Below, one piece after another: positions 44,527 through 56,404 of a stretch of DNA of 56,404 bases. Every line of letters starts with the position of its first letter. Positions within the stretch are counted from its first letter, which is position 1. Below the pieces are notes generated by a model, which saw only the letters and a program-made list of their open reading frames with translations, did no database searches and was not told where the DNA came from. Both the position numbers and the translations under genes were made by a program. Source of the DNA: Sporichthyaceae bacterium (GTDB lineage: Bacteria > Actinomycetota > Actinomycetes > Prado026); assembly GCA_031394045.1 (NCBI GenBank), contig JANMWN010000092.1, positions 1 to 56,404 on the forward strand, given 5' to 3'.

Positions 44527-44528
44527 GG

Positions 44529-44840
44529 TCAGACTCCAGTCAGCGGGTTCGATGCAGCGGTCTTGGGGTCGGCCGACCGGCGCTGCCCGCGCGCGGGCGG
44601 GTAGTCAACGCCCCCGGCGGTCCACGGGTGGCAGCGACCGAGCCGGCGAGCCGCCAGCCAGCTGCCACGGAGCGGGCCGTGGGTGGTGATGGCCTCGGCG
44701 GCGTACTGCGAGCACGACGGGTAGTAGCGGCAGGACGAGACGGTCCACGGCGAGATCAGCCGCTGGTAGCCACGGATGGCCAGCACCAGGAGCGCGGCGC
44801 CTGCGCGGCTGACCCAGCTCAACCTCGCCCTGAGGGTCAT
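44529..44840 (-). CDS. yidD: membrane protein insertion efficiency factor YidD
   Basis: 103 aa from ATG 44840 with motif YQRLISP...[10 protein letters not shown]. Trimmed from ORF 44529..44918. Confidence 0.85.
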   Translation of the reverse strand: MTLRARLSWVSRAGAALLVLAIRGYQRLISPWTVSSCRYYPSCSQYAAEAITTHGPLRGSWLAARRLGRCHPWTAGGVDYPPARGQRRSADPKTAASNPLTGV

Positions 44841-45229
44841 GGTCGAGCCTGAGGGGCGGAGTGGGACGGTCGGGCAGTGTGTGCACCGTGCGCAACATGT
44901 GCAACGTGCGCGAGGCATCCGTCCAGGTCGGCGGCCAGCTGTGCAGAGGAAGCCGTGGCGGCCGGGGGGAGCGCACGCACGACCAGGACAGTGCCGGCAG
45001 GCAAGGAGGCGAGCCGGTCGCGGACCAGGGCACGCAGGCGGCGGGTCACGGTGTTGCGGACCACGGCACCTCCCACGGCCTTGCTGACGACGAACCCAGC
45101 CCTCGGGACGTCTCCCGCGGGTTCCACCTGAAGGTGGACGACCAACTGCGAACCGGCGCTGCGTCGTCCGCGGCGCACTGCCGCGCTGAAGTCAGCGCTA
45201 CGTCGCACGCGGTTCCGGCTGGCCAGCAC
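44837..45229 (-). CDS. rnpA: ribonuclease P protein component
   Basis: 130 aa, [20 protein letters not shown]...[20 protein letters not shown]. Its stop overlaps the yidD ATG. Confidence 0.85.
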   Translation of the reverse strand: MLASRNRVRRSADFSAAVRRGRRSAGSQLVVHLQVEPAGDVPRAGFVVSKAVGGAVVRNTVTRRLRALVRDRLASLPAGTVLVVRALPPAATASSAQLAADLDGCLAHVAHVAHGAHTARPSHSAPQARP

Positions 45230-45250
45230 GATCTGTCCGATCGAGGTCGG

Positions 45251-45388
45251 TCAGGCGGAGAGCTCCGAGCGGCCCTTGCGGCGACGCGCGGAGAGGATGG
45301 AGCGGCCCGCACGGGTCCGCATCCGCAGCCGAAAACCGTGCGTCTTGGCCCGGCGCCGGTTGTTCGGCTGGAAGGTGCGCTTGCTCAC
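45251..45388 (-). CDS. rpmH: 50S ribosomal protein L34
   Basis: Absent from the ORF track because it is under 60 aa. Hand translation from GTG 45388 gives (M)[44 protein letters not shown], stop TGA at 45253..45251. GGAG lies 7 nt upstream. Confidence 0.95.
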   Translation of the reverse strand: MSKRTFQPNNRRRAKTHGFRLRMRTRAGRSILSARRRKGRSELSA

Positions 45389-45738
45389 GAGGATGCTCCA
45401 AGAGGGAAGATGGGTCGTCGACGTCTGGACTGGAGTCGACCACCACGGACGCCTGCGGCGCGACGACGGTCGCGGGCACGCGACAACCGCCGATACCTCG
45501 GCAGTCCCTAAGGTACGGGCGCCCCCGCCGACGGGTCAAACGAAGGCGGACGACCCAGGACAGACGGCAGCAACCACAACCCCACCGCGTCGGCTCGCGC
45601 AGTCAGCGCGCAGTCAAAGCACAGCAACGCAGAAGACGCGAACACACCAGACTGCACGACCCCGGACGGGTGTACGGTGCGACACGCCGCACTCGCTCGG
45701 CGCGCACGTTTTGCCGCACCGAACCCCCGTGCACAGGC

Positions 45739-45759
45739 TGTGGACGACGGTGTGGACGA
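45739..45759. promoter_or_regulatory. two DnaA-box-like 9-mers upstream of dnaA
   Basis: tgtggacga at 45739..45747 and 45751..45759. This is the complement tcgtccaca, one mismatch from TTGTCCACA. Confidence 0.5.
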
Positions 45760-45792
45760 TTGGTACATCTACGACCGAGGAGACCCAAGCCG

Positions 45793-47268
45793 GTGCCTGA
45801 GCTGACCGAAGACCAGGCCGCTGACCAGCTGGTGCTCGTCTGGAGCCGAACCCTCGCGGGACTGGCCGACGGCACCCTCTCACCCCAGCACCGGGCGTTC
45901 CTGCGGCTGACCCGGCCGATGGCGGTGGTCGGCGACACGGTCTTGATCGCAGCACCCAACGACTTCGCGCGGGACGTCATCGAGAACCGGCTGCGTACGG
46001 TGCTGACCGCAGCGCTGGCCGGCGAGCTCGGCAGCGACGTGCAGATCGCCGTCACGGTCGACCCCAGCGTCGTCGGCAGCACGTCCCCGCTGGACGACCT
46101 GACCGACGAGGTGGCCGATGGCACCTTCGCCGCCGACCTCGACGCCGCCTCCGGCCCGTTGCCCCCCGACCCGTTCGTCCCGACGCCGACCCGGCCGGGC
46201 TCGGGCCAGCAGGGTGCCAGGCGCGCGGTCGAGCCCAGTCGGCTCAACCCCAAGTACAACTTCGACACCTTCGTCATCGGGTCGAGCAACCGGTTCGCGC
46301 ACGCAGCCGCCGTCGCTGTCGCCGAGGCGCCGGCCAAGGCGTACAACCCGCTCTTCATCTATGGCGAGTCCGGGCTCGGCAAGACCCACCTGCTGCACGC
46401 GATCGGGCACTACGCCCGCAACCTCTACAGCGGCGCACGGGTGCGGTACGTGAGCTCGGAGGAGTTCACCAACGAGTTCATCAACTCGATCCGCGACGAC
46501 AAGGCCTCGATGTTCCAGAGCCGCTACCGCGAGGTCGACGTCCTCTTGGTCGACGACATCCAGTTCCTGCAGGGCAAGGTCCAGACGCAGGAGGAGTTCT
46601 TCCACACCTTCAACACCTTGCACAACGCCAACAAGCAGATCGTGATCACCTCGGACAAGCCGCCCAAGATGCTGGGCGAGTTCGAGGAGCGGATGCGGTC
46701 GCGGTTCGAGTGGGGCCTGATCACCGACGTCCAGCCGCCCGACATCGAGACGCGGATCGCAATCCTGCGCAAGAAGGCGGCCCAGGAGCGACTGTCGGCG
46801 CCGCCCGAGGTCCTGGAGTACATCGGCAGCAAGATCTCGACCAACATCCGCGAGCTCGAGGGCGCGCTGATCCGGGTCACCGCCTTCGCCAGCCTCAACC
46901 GGCAGCCGGTCGACCTGGCGCTGGCCGAGGTGGTGCTCAAGGACCTGATCACCGACTCAACCGGGCCCGAGATCACCAGCGCGACGATCATGGCCCAGAC
47001 CGCCGCGTACTTCGGGCTGTCGATGGAGGACCTGTGCGGGGCCTCGCGGTCGCGGGTGCTGGTCACCGCACGCCAGATCGCGATGTACCTGTGCCGCGAG
47101 CTGACCGACCTCTCGCTGCCCAAGATCGGTCAGCAGTTCGGCGGGCGGGACCACACGACGGTGATGCACGCGGACCGCAAGATCCGGCACCTGATGGCCG
47201 AGCGACGCAGCGTCTACAACCAGGTCACCGAGCTCACCAACCGGATCAAGTCCCAGACCCGGTCCTGA
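45793..47268 (+). CDS. dnaA: chromosomal replication initiator DnaA
   Basis: 491 aa from GTG 45793 (GAGGAG 10 nt upstream). AAA+ Walker [11 protein letters not shown] and C-terminal DnaA-box-binding domain (HTTVMHA). ORF 45670..47268 is an over-extension. Confidence 0.95.
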   Translation: MPELTEDQAADQLVLVWSRTLAGLADGTLSPQHRAFLRLTRPMAVVGDTVLIAAPNDFARDVIENRLRTVLTAALAGELGSDVQIAVTVDPSVVGSTSPLDDLTDEVADGTFAADLDAASGPLPPDPFVPTPTRPGSGQQGARRAVEPSRLNPKYNFDTFVIGSSNRFAHAAAVAVAEAPAKAYNPLFIYGESGLGKTHLLHAIGHYARNLYSGARVRYVSSEEFTNEFINSIRDDKASMFQSRYREVDVLLVDDIQFLQGKVQTQEEFFHTFNTLHNANKQIVITSDKPPKMLGEFEERMRSRFEWGLITDVQPPDIETRIAILRKKAAQERLSAPPEVLEYIGSKISTNIRELEGALIRVTAFASLNRQPVDLALAEVVLKDLITDSTGPEITSATIMAQTAAYFGLSMEDLCGASRSRVLVTARQIAMYLCRELTDLSLPKIGQQFGGRDHTTVMHADRKIRHLMAERRSVYNQVTELTNRIKSQTRS

Positions 47269-47340
47269 CCCCTGCGCTCAGCACGCACGCACGCGCTCCG
47301 CGACGGGTATCTCGCGTCGGGTGACCCTGCGTACACACCC

Positions 47341-47640
47341 TGTGGACAACCCTGTGGATCTGTGGATTTCGCCTGTTACGTCCCCCACCTGGCCCGTGCA
47401 CCTGTGGACAGCCGCGTGACAACCTGTGGACAGCCGGTGGACAAGATCGGCGCCCTGCTGACAACGTGCCGGTCGTCCACCGCCGGCACCAGCGCGTCCA
47501 CCGGTTCTGCACACCCGCTGTGGACCACGCCACGCCTGCCGACCTGCCCCGACGTCGGTTGTCCCCACTGTCCACGGTGCCTATGACTGACCCGAGAACA
47601 AAGCCGAAGAGTCGAGAATCCTCAACGTATGGGCTGGTGC
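47341..47640. other. oriC: DnaA-box cluster plus AT-richer candidate unwinding element
   Basis: Eleven 9-mers within two mismatches of TTGTCCACA or its complement lie between 47341 and 47576; 47341..47349 is perfect. 47581..47630 is about 52% A+T by hand count. Located between dnaA and dnaN. Confidence 0.75.
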
Positions 47641-47775
47641 TGCCTGTGCGCGCCGGAGGTCATAGGGTGACGCTCGGCTCGCACGATCGGTCGATCCGGT
47701 CGGCGCGCCATGATCTGATGTGCGCGCCAGCACCCGCTCGACGACAACAGCCAGCTGACCAAACGAGGAGGCCCC

Positions 47776-48939
47776 GTGCGATTCCGGGTCGAGCGCGACG
47801 TTCTCGCCGAAGCCGTGGCCTGGACGGCCAGGAGCCTGCCGGCCCGTCCGCCCGTACCCGTGCTGGCCGGCCTCCTGCTCGAGGCCGGTCCGGACGGGCT
47901 GAGCCTGTCCGGTTTCGACTACGAGGTCTCCGCTCGCGTCACGATCGCCGCTGACGTCATCGAGCCGGGCCGGGCGCTGGTCTCGGGCCGCCTGCTGGCC
48001 GACATCTCGCGCAGCCTGCCGGCCAGGCCGGTCGAGATCAGCACCGACGGGCCCAAGGTCCAGCTCGTCTGCGGCAGCGCCCGCTTCTCGCTGCTGACGC
48101 TGCCGGTCGAGGACTACCCGACGCTGCCGGAGATGCCGGGAGTCACCGGCACCTTGTCCAGCGCACTGTTCGCGGCCGCCGTCGCGCAGGTGGCCATCGC
48201 GGCCGGCCGCGACGACACGCTGCCCGTGCTCACCGGGATCCGGGTCGAGATCGAGGGCGACACCGTGACGCTGGCGGCTACCGACCGGTACCGGCTCGCC
48301 GTCCGCGAGCTCAGCTGGCGCCCGGAGCAGACCGGCCTCGACGCCATCGCGCTGGTCCCGGCCCGGACGCTCGCCGAGACGGCGAAGTCGATGGCAGGGG
48401 CCGAGTCCGTCTCGATCGCCCTGGCCAGCGGTGCCTCCGGCGAGGGTCTGATGGGCTTCGACGGCTCGGGCCGGCGCACCACCACCCGGCTGCTCGAGGG
48501 CGAGTTCCCGAAATATCGCGCGCTGCTCCCGTCCGAGGCGCTCACTGTCGCCGACGTCGACACGGCGTCCTTGGTCGAGGCGGTCAAGCGGGTCGCGCTG
48601 GTCGCCGAGCGCAACACCCCAGTCCGGCTGACCTTCTCCGCCGGCGAGCTGCAGCTGGACGCCGGTACCGGAGACGAGGCACAGGCGTCCGAGGCCCTGG
48701 CCTGTGCTCTCGACGGCGAGCCGCTGAGCATCGCGTTCAACCCGCAGTTCCTGCTCGACGGGCTCGGCGCCGTCGACTCGGCCGTGGCGCGCCTGTCGTT
48801 CACGACGTCCAACAAGCCGGCGGTGCTCACCGGGGGGGCCGGCGAGGGTGCGGCTGACTCGGCGGCGTCCAAGGGCGGGCTCGGCGGCGTTGGCGGCGCC
48901 TACCGTTACCTGCTCATGCCGGTCCGTCTCTCCGGCTGA
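47776..48939 (+). CDS. dnaN: DNA polymerase III beta sliding clamp
   Basis: 387 aa, [22 protein letters not shown]...[16 protein letters not shown]. Confidence 0.95.
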   Translation: MRFRVERDVLAEAVAWTARSLPARPPVPVLAGLLLEAGPDGLSLSGFDYEVSARVTIAADVIEPGRALVSGRLLADISRSLPARPVEISTDGPKVQLVCGSARFSLLTLPVEDYPTLPEMPGVTGTLSSALFAAAVAQVAIAAGRDDTLPVLTGIRVEIEGDTVTLAATDRYRLAVRELSWRPEQTGLDAIALVPARTLAETAKSMAGAESVSIALASGASGEGLMGFDGSGRRTTTRLLEGEFPKYRALLPSEALTVADVDTASLVEAVKRVALVAERNTPVRLTFSAGELQLDAGTGDEAQASEALACALDGEPLSIAFNPQFLLDGLGAVDSAVARLSFTTSNKPAVLTGGAGEGAADSAASKGGLGGVGGAYRYLLMPVRLSG

Positions 48940-48959
48940 GGCCGGGGCTCGAGCAGCGC

Positions 48960-50093
48960 GTGTACGTCGCCCATCTCTCGCTGGCCGACTTCCGCTCCTA
49001 CGCAGGGGTGGAGCTGCCGCTGGAGCCCGGGGTGACCGCCCTGGTCGGTCCCAACGGCGAGGGCAAGACCAACCTGGTCGAGGCGATCGGCTACGTCGCG
49101 ACGCTCGGCAGCCACCGCGTCGCCACCGACGCGCCCCTGGTCCGCTTCGGCGCCGAGCGGGCCATCGTCCGGGTGAGCGTGGTCCGTGACGACCGGCCCA
49201 CCCTGGTCGAGCTCGAGCTGACCCCCGGCCGGGCCAACCGGGCCCGGATCAACCGGTCGCCGATACCGCGGGCGCGCGAAGTCCTCGGCCTCCTGCGCAC
49301 CGTGCTCTTCGCGCCCGAGGACCTGGCCGTCGTCAAGGGCGACCCGTCCGAGCGCCGGCGTTTCCTCGACGACCTGCTGGTGGCGCGTACGCCACGACTG
49401 GCCGGCGTACGCGCTGACTACGACCGGGTCCTGAAGCAGCGCAACGCGCTGCTCAAGTCAGCCGGCGCGGCGATGCGGTCCCGCGGGGCCGGCGCGGACC
49501 TGTCGACCCTCGACGTCTGGGACACCCACCTGGCCACCGCGGGGGCCGAGCTGCTGTCCGCCCGGCTGGACCTGGTGGACCTGCTCCGCCCGCTCGTGGC
49601 CACCGCATACGCGTCAGTGGCGCGAGGGTCGGCGGCGATCGCGCTCGACTACGTCTCGAGCATCGGCCCCGAGACCCCGCTCGTACCGGACCGCGAGGCG
49701 CTCGCCGAAGCGCTTCTCGCGGCGCTGAGCGAGTCGCGGCGGCGCGAGCTCGAGCGCGGGATCTCGCTGGTGGGACCGCACCGCGACGACCTGGTGCTGC
49801 GGCTCGGGCCGATGCCGGCCAAGGGGTACGCCAGCCACGGCGAGTCCTGGTCGTACGCCCTGGCCCTGCGGCTGGCGTCCTACGACCTGCTCACCAGCGA
49901 CGGCGGCGAGCCGGTGCTCATCCTCGACGACGTGTTCGCCGAGCTCGACGTCGACCGGCGCGAGCGGCTGGCCGAGCTGGTTGCGCCCGCCGAGCAGGTT
50001 CTCGTCACGGCCGCGGTGGCGCAAGATGTCCCTGCGGCCCTGCGAGGGGCCCGTGTCGACGTCATGGCCGGGGAGGTGCACCGTGTCGCGTGA
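48960..50093 (+). CDS. recF: DNA replication and repair protein RecF
   Basis: 377 aa with Walker [10 protein letters not shown] and signature/Walker [13 protein letters not shown]. Confidence 0.95.
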   Translation: MYVAHLSLADFRSYAGVELPLEPGVTALVGPNGEGKTNLVEAIGYVATLGSHRVATDAPLVRFGAERAIVRVSVVRDDRPTLVELELTPGRANRARINRSPIPRAREVLGLLRTVLFAPEDLAVVKGDPSERRRFLDDLLVARTPRLAGVRADYDRVLKQRNALLKSAGAAMRSRGAGADLSTLDVWDTHLATAGAELLSARLDLVDLLRPLVATAYASVARGSAAIALDYVSSIGPETPLVPDREALAEALLAALSESRRRELERGISLVGPHRDDLVLRLGPMPAKGYASHGESWSYALALRLASYDLLTSDGGEPVLILDDVFAELDVDRRERLAELVAPAEQVLVTAAVAQDVPAALRGARVDVMAGEVHRVA

Positions 50094-50691
50094 CCCTGCT
50101 GCCGGCGCTGCCGGCGCTGCCGGACTCGGTCCCGACGAGCTCGCTGCCGACGCACAGTCCCCTCATCCAGCAGAACCAGCGCACCCTCCCGCGCCGTCCG
50201 GCATCGACCTGGCCCGCACCCTGCTTGCGCAGGCCCGCGCCGACGCCAAGGCCAAGGGCGCCCGCGTGGGCGAGCGCAAGGCCGTCCGCCGCGGGGACAT
50301 CTCCGGCCAGCACCGCAGTGGAGCCCATCCCGACGATCGTGACCCGCAACCCCTCGGCCGTACCGTCGAGCGGCTCGTGGCCGAGCGGGGCTGGGAGACC
50401 GAGGCGGCCGTCGGCGGGGTGATCGGCCGGTGGGACCTGATCGTGGGCACCGAGGTCGCGGCGCACTGCGTCCCGGAGACCTATGCCGACGCCGTCCTGG
50501 TCGTCCGCGCCGACTCCACCGCCTGGGCCACCCAGGTCCGGCTCCTGGCCCCCGCGCTGGTGGCGCGGCTCAACGCCGAGTGCGGGGACGGCTCGGTGAC
50601 CCGCGTCCAGGTGCTCGGGCCGGGCCGGCCGTCCTGGCGCAAGGGTCCCCTGCACGTACGCGGCCGCGGCCCGCGCGACACCTACGGCTGA
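50083..50691 (+). CDS. DUF721-domain protein (DciA-like, Rv0004 position)
   Basis: 202 aa from GTG 50083 (GGAGG 6 nt upstream, inside the recF 3' end). C-terminal DUF721 pattern [13 protein letters not shown]...[13 protein letters not shown]. Confidence 0.8.
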   Translation: MSRDPAAGAAGAAGLGPDELAADAQSPHPAEPAHPPAPSGIDLARTLLAQARADAKAKGARVGERKAVRRGDISGQHRSGAHPDDRDPQPLGRTVERLVAERGWETEAAVGGVIGRWDLIVGTEVAAHCVPETYADAVLVVRADSTAWATQVRLLAPALVARLNAECGDGSVTRVQVLGPGRPSWRKGPLHVRGRGPRDTYG

Positions 50692-52818
<2,127 letters not shown>

Positions 52819-52868
52819 GCCGTACGGCAGTTCCGACCGATCAGCCGTACGACGAAAGGACGTGACCG

Positions 52869-55544
52869 ATGACTGACGACACGACGATCCTCCCTCCCCC
52901 CGGCGACGAGCCACCCGCGCCAGCGGCTGGTGGCGCGGCTGGTGGCGCGGGTGCTGGCGGTGCTGGCGGCGGTGCTGCTGGTGATGGCGGCGGCGCGGCC
53001 GGCGGCGGCACCGACCGCATCGAGCCGGTCGACATCCAGGTCGAGATGCAGCGGTCCTACCTCGACTACGCGATGAGCGTCATCGTCGGTCGCGCCCTGC
53101 CCGACGTGCGCGACGGGCTCAAGCCCGTGCACCGACGGGTGCTGTACGCGATGTACGACGGCAACTACCGCCCCGACCGCGGCTACTCCAAGTGCGCGCG
53201 CGTGGTCGGCGCCGTCATGGGCGACTACCACCCTCACGGCGACTCCTCGATCTACGACGCGCTCGTACGCCTGGCGCAGCCGTGGTCCCTGCGGTACCCG
53301 CTGATCGACGGCAACGGCAACTTCGGCTCGCCCGGCAACGACCCCGCCGCTGCGATGCGCTACACCGAGTGCCGGCTCGACCCCCTCGCCATGGAGATGA
53401 TGCGCGACATCGACGAGGACACTGTCGAGTTCTCGCCCAACTACGACGGCCGGGCGCAGGAGCCCGACGTCCTGCCCAGCCGCTTCCCGAACCTGCTCGT
53501 CAACGGCTCGTCCGGCATCGCGGTCGGCATGGCCACCAGCATCCCGCCGCACAACCTGCGCGAGGTCGCCAGCGGCGTGCAGTGGTACCTCGACCACCCG
53601 CAGGCTTCGTCCGAGGAGCTGCTCGACGCGCTGCTCGAGCGGGTCAAGGGTCCGGACTTCCCGACCCGCGGGCTGATCGTGGGCCGTCGCGGCATCGACG
53701 AGGCCTACCGCACCGGCCGCGGCTCGGTGGTCATGCGCGCGGTCGTCGAGGTCGAGGAGATCAACAACCGCGCCTGCCTGGTCATCACCGAGCTGCCGTA
53801 CCAGGTCAACCCTGACAACCTCGCGCTGAAGATCGCCGACCTGGTCAAGGACGGCCGCATCGGTGGCATCGCCGACGTACGCGACGAAGGCAACGAGCGC
53901 AAGGGCCAGCGCCTGGTCATCGTGCTCAAGCGCGACGCCGTGGCCAAGGTCGTGCTCAACAACCTCTACAAACACACCCAGCTGCAGGACACCTTCGGCT
54001 GCAACATGCTGGCCCTGGTCGACGGCGTCCCGCGTACGCTCCGGCTCGACGAGTTCGTGCGGCACTACGTCGTCCACCAGATCGAGGTCATCCGGCGGCG
54101 TACGGCGTTCCGGCTGCGCAAGGCCGAGGAGCGCGCCCACATCCTGCGCGGCCTGGTCAAGGCCCTCGACCAGCTCGACGCCGTCATCGCGCTCATCCGC
54201 AGCTCGCCGTCCGCCGACGAGGCGCGCGGCGGCCTGATGGCGCTGCTCGAGATCGACGACCTGCAGGCCACGGCGATCCTGGACATGCAGCTGCGCCGGC
54301 TCGCGGCGCTCGAGCGCCAGCGCATCATCGACACCCTGGCCGAGATCGAGGCCGAGATCGCCGAGCTCGAGGCGATCCTGGCCAGCGAGGAGCGCCAGCG
54401 CACCATCGTCGCTGAGGAGCTGGCGGTGCTGGTGGCCAAGTTCGGTGACGACCGGCGTACCCAGATCGTGGCGGCCGAGGGCGAGATGTCGATGGAGGAC
54501 CTCATCGCCGAGGAGGACGTCGTCGTCACCATCACCCGTGGTGGCTACGCCAAGCGCACCAAGGCCGACCTCTACCGCTCGCAGCGCCGGGGTGGCAAGG
54601 GCGTGCGCGGGGCCCAGCTGCGCGAGGACGACATCGTCGAGCACTTCTTCATGACGACGACGCACGACTGGATCCTGTTCTTCACCAACATGGGTCGGGT
54701 CTATCGAGCGAAGGCGTACGAGCTGCCCGAGTCCGGGCGCGACGCCAAGGGTCAGCACGTCGCCAACCTGCTTGCGTTCCAGCCCGACGAGCGGATCGCC
54801 CAGGTTCTCGACCTGCGCAACTACGAGGTCAGTCCCTACCTGGTCCTGGCAACCAAGCACGGGTTGGTCAAGAAGACCCGGCTCACCGACTACGACTCGC
54901 CGCGCAGCGGTGGCGTGATCGCGATCAACCTGCGCGACGGCGACGAGCTGATCGCCGCGCGGCTGACAGGTGAGGCGGATGACCTTCTGATGGTCAGCCG
55001 CAAGGGGCAGTCGGTGCGCTTCACCGCCGACGACGCCACCCTGCGCCCGATGGGCCGCGCCACGTCCGGTGTCATCGGCATGCGCTTCCGCTCCGGGGAC
55101 GAGCTGCTGGCCATGGACGTCGTCCGTGACTCCGCGGCCGGGCTGCTCACGGTCACCGACGGCGGGTACGCCAAGCGCACCAGTCTGGGCGCCTGGACGC
55201 CCAAGGGTCGTGGCGGACTTGGTGTCATCGCCATGCGGATCGTCGAGGACCGTGGTTCGCTGGTGGGTGCCGTGGTCGTGTCCGAGGGCGACGAGGTCAT
55301 GGCGATCACCGCCGGGGGCGGCGTGATCCGTACCCCGATCAGCGCGGACGCGCTCAGGCTCACCAGCCGCGACACGATGGGTGTGCGCTTGATGAACCTG
55401 GGCGAGGGTGACACCGTCGTAGCAGTAGCCAGCAGTGCCGAACGGGTGGACGACGAAGGAGTCGGTGACGAGGTCATGGCCGAGGATGACGTCTCGCTCG
55501 CGGATCCGACCCCGACGACCCCGGCAGAGGGAGAGACCACGTGA
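52869..55544 (+). CDS. gyrA: DNA gyrase subunit A
   Basis: 891 aa. [42 protein letters not shown], catalytic region AAAMRYTE, beta-pinwheel CTD, acidic tail. Carries a Gly/Ala-rich N-terminal insertion. Confidence 0.95.
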   Translation: MTDDTTILPPPGDEPPAPAAGGAAGGAGAGGAGGGAAGDGGGAAGGGTDRIEPVDIQVEMQRSYLDYAMSVIVGRALPDVRDGLKPVHRRVLYAMYDGNYRPDRGYSKCARVVGAVMGDYHPHGDSSIYDALVRLAQPWSLRYPLIDGNGNFGSPGNDPAAAMRYTECRLDPLAMEMMRDIDEDTVEFSPNYDGRAQEPDVLPSRFPNLLVNGSSGIAVGMATSIPPHNLREVASGVQWYLDHPQASSEELLDALLERVKGPDFPTRGLIVGRRGIDEAYRTGRGSVVMRAVVEVEEINNRACLVITELPYQVNPDNLALKIADLVKDGRIGGIADVRDEGNERKGQRLVIVLKRDAVAKVVLNNLYKHTQLQDTFGCNMLALVDGVPRTLRLDEFVRHYVVHQIEVIRRRTAFRLRKAEERAHILRGLVKALDQLDAVIALIRSSPSADEARGGLMALLEIDDLQATAILDMQLRRLAALERQRIIDTLAEIEAEIAELEAILASEERQRTIVAEELAVLVAKFGDDRRTQIVAAEGEMSMEDLIAEEDVVVTITRGGYAKRTKADLYRSQRRGGKGVRGAQLREDDIVEHFFMTTTHDWILFFTNMGRVYRAKAYELPESGRDAKGQHVANLLAFQPDERIAQVLDLRNYEVSPYLVLATKHGLVKKTRLTDYDSPRSGGVIAINLRDGDELIAARLTGEADDLLMVSRKGQSVRFTADDATLRPMGRATSGVIGMRFRSGDELLAMDVVRDSAAGLLTVTDGGYAKRTSLGAWTPKGRGGLGVIAMRIVEDRGSLVGAVVVSEGDEVMAITAGGGVIRTPISADALRLTSRDTMGVRLMNLGEGDTVVAVASSAERVDDEGVGDEVMAEDDVSLADPTPTTPAEGETT

Positions 55545-56074
55545 CCGCGGAGTCGACTGTGACGACCGAGCAGGGCGCGCCCGCGCAAGGGGGGCCGGAC
55601 GGCTCCGACGCCGCGGACGGCGACAGCGGCCTAGGCGCTAGCAGCATGGTTGTGACGCCGGCGGCCGGAGGCACCGCTGTGCGTACGGTGCGGCGGGCCA
55701 AGGTCTCAGTGACCCGGATCGACCCCTGGTCGGTCATGAAGATCTCGTTCGCGCTCTGGGTCGCCTTGGGCATCGTGATCGTCATCGCCACCTCCATCTT
55801 GTGGTGGGTGCTGGACTCGGCCGGGGTCTTCAGCCAGGTCTCCCAGTCGATCATCAAGGTCACGGGTAGCGACACCGGAAGCGGCAACCTCAACACCACC
55901 AGCTTCCAGCTCGTGGACTTCGTCTCGTTCGGCCGGGTGATGGGGGTGACCACGGTCCTGGTGGTCATCAACACCATCCTGCTCACGGCCTTGTCGACGC
56001 TCGGGGCGTTCCTGTTCAACCTGTCCACGGGCCTCGTGGGCGGCGTCGACGTGACCCTCACCGAGACCGACTGA
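55541..56074 (+). CDS. DUF3566-domain membrane protein (Rv0007 position)
   Basis: 177 aa. GTGA overlap with the gyrA stop. [25 protein letters not shown] pattern and two TM regions. Confidence 0.8.
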   Translation: MTAESTVTTEQGAPAQGGPDGSDAADGDSGLGASSMVVTPAAGGTAVRTVRRAKVSVTRIDPWSVMKISFALWVALGIVIVIATSILWWVLDSAGVFSQVSQSIIKVTGSDTGSGNLNTTSFQLVDFVSFGRVMGVTTVLVVINTILLTALSTLGAFLFNLSTGLVGGVDVTLTETD

Positions 56075-56153
56075 CCCCAGGGAACGCGGTTGGGACCGGC
56101 CTTTGCGGTCCGGTACCCTGAGCCCGCGCCAGTTGCCGCACCCTGACGCACCC

Positions 56154-56227
56154 GGGCCTATAGCTCAGACGGTTAGAGCGCTTCCCTGATAAGGAAGAGG
56201 CCGGAGGTTCAAGTCCTCCTAGGCCCA
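56154..56227 (+). tRNA. ileT: tRNA-Ile (anticodon GAT)
   Basis: 74 nt, folded by hand. Acceptor GGGCCTA/TAGGCCC, D arm GCTC/GAGC, anticodon arm CTTCC/GGAAG with loop CTGATAA (GAT at 56188..56190), T arm GGAGG-TTCAAGT-CCTCC, discriminator A. CCA is not encoded. Confidence 0.97.
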
Positions 56228-56249
56228 CCCAGCATTGCCGCGACAACGC

Positions 56250-56290
56250 CGACGTCTCGTTTGATCTCTGCCCCACAACCGTCGTCGTTG
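56250..56290 (-). repeat. 41-nt intergenic element, copy B
   Basis: The minus strand reads caacgacgacggttgtggggcagagatcaaacgagacgtcg. Lies 22 nt after tRNA-Ile and 14 nt after the TAG of the truncated minus-strand CDS. Confidence 0.8.
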
Positions 56291-56304
56291 TTCGGTACTG
56301 CGCG

Positions 56305-56404
56305 CTAGCTGACGACGAGCAGCTCGCCGGCACGGTTGCGGAAAGCGGGGCAGACCAGATTGTGGTCGAGCAGCTGACCGGACGCGGTCTTCTGCACCCA
56401 CTGC
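56305..56404 (-). CDS. 3' end of an unidentified CDS (truncated by the window edge)
   Basis: Hand translation gives ...QWVQKTASGQLLDHNLVCPAFRNRAGELLVVS followed by TAG (56307..56305). About 28 of 32 codons end in G/C. Not in the track because it is under 60 aa. Confidence 0.45.
   Translation of the reverse strand, partial: QWVQKTASGQLLDHNLVCPAFRNRAGELLVVS

Noticed and set aside
56058-56401. ORFs 56058..56333 (-) and 56219..56401 (-).
   Set aside because: They run antisense through tRNA-Ile and the intergenic repeat. The convincing coding frame at 56305..56404 is a different one.

Overview
High-GC (roughly 70% by eye) actinobacterial chromosome segment centred on the replication origin. Gene order resembles the Streptomyces/Mycobacterium ori-proximal core. 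Right part: rpmH-rnpA-yidD-yidC-jag-rsmG-parA-parB on the minus strand. These are followed on the plus strand by dnaA, a DnaA-box-rich oriC, dnaN, recF, DUF721/DciA, gyrB, gyrA, a DUF3566 protein and tRNA-Ile(GAT). Two perfect parS palindromes lie inside parA and rsmG. Middle: the conserved envelope/redox block of cca, Nudix, DUF6049 and murJ, then an inserted TM protein plus NlpC/P60 endopeptidase and a stand-alone MviN-type pseudokinase. It continues with ECF sigma/anti-sigma, trxB-trxA (with a SigR/SigH-type promoter), cwlM, GNAT and aminotransferase-ddl. Left part: rplI-rpsR-ssb-rpsF, nfo, femX-like plus alanine-racemase-like, GT87, class A PBP, DUF5318 and PadR-ino1. The only clearly accessory stretch lies between ino1 and cca. 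It holds an ~11-kb carbohydrate island (PfkB kinase, two ABC permeases, two tandem paralogous binding proteins, SIS protein, amidohydrolase, class II aldolase, GH4 hydrolase, DeoR regulator; no ATPase gene). It also holds an MFS gene and a lower-GC small ORF bracketed by 50-bp palindromic direct repeats. I found no transposase, integrase, CRISPR array or rRNA. No self-evident novel defence or mobile system is visible. The most unexplained signals are a 41-nt element present in inverted orientation at both ends of the window, the 50-bp repeat pair, the hybrid sugar island, the split MurJ/pseudokinase module and the translationally coupled aminotransferase-Ddl pair. Many long ORFs in the supplied track are GC-driven shadow ORFs or upstream over-extensions; starts were trimmed by hand and several remain uncertain. 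All family assignments come from motif recognition and remembered synteny, not from searches.
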